Shown: positions 63,911 to 64,000 of the stretch, one piece after another
How positions within the stretch are numbered: position 1 is the first letter of the stretch
Layout: the number at the start of each line of letters is the position of its first letter
Assembly: GCF_006345805.1 (NCBI RefSeq)
Contig: NC_042998.1
Location: forward strand, 70,556,001 to 70,620,000
Source: Octopus sinensis
Taxonomy: Eukaryota
Direction of reading: 5' to 3'
Length of the DNA: 64,000 nt
The notes under the pieces: model-generated
Told to the model about the DNA's origin: nothing
The model's input: only the letters and a program-made list of their open reading frames with translations
Database searches by the model: none
Program-made: the position numbers and the translations under genes

Positions 63911-64000
63911 CCATCATTGCCGTTACAATTATAATCGTACCATTATAGCAGCCGTAGTCGGCTTATTATTGTTATTATCTTCACCATTACCACCACTATC

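Overview
AT-rich, microsatellite- and retroelement-dense animal genomic DNA. The repeat families resemble those of a coleoid cephalopod such as Octopus; this is inferred from recalled repeat content, not from a search. Two five-exon genes for divergent Rab27-like small GTPases can be rebuilt exon by exon on the minus strand, in tandem head-to-tail arrangement. Gene A (258 aa) is join(34191-34029, 26802-26696, 22342-22248, 20707-20480, 17655-17472). Gene B (248 aa) is join(61659-61539, 60572-60466, 56441-56347, 52168-51941, 50700-50505). They share internal exon lengths (107/95/228 nt) and intron phases (1,0,2,2). Both carry WDTAGME instead of WDTAGQE, so the catalytic switch-II Gln is replaced by Met. 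Intron 3 of gene B holds a core-intact type I hammerhead ribozyme on the sense strand (52652-52565) and a second, degenerate one. Two more minimal hammerhead-like motifs lie at 46.4 kb and 34.4 kb; all four are probably Penelope-derived. The rest is SINEs (with shuffled modules), LINE fragments (RTE, CR1/L2, Hero, Dong/R4), Penelope, mariner and Helitron remnants, several local inverted or templated duplications, and microsatellites. No rRNA, true tRNA or CRISPR array was seen. The first ~14.5 kb may contain an unidentified gene that I could not resolve.
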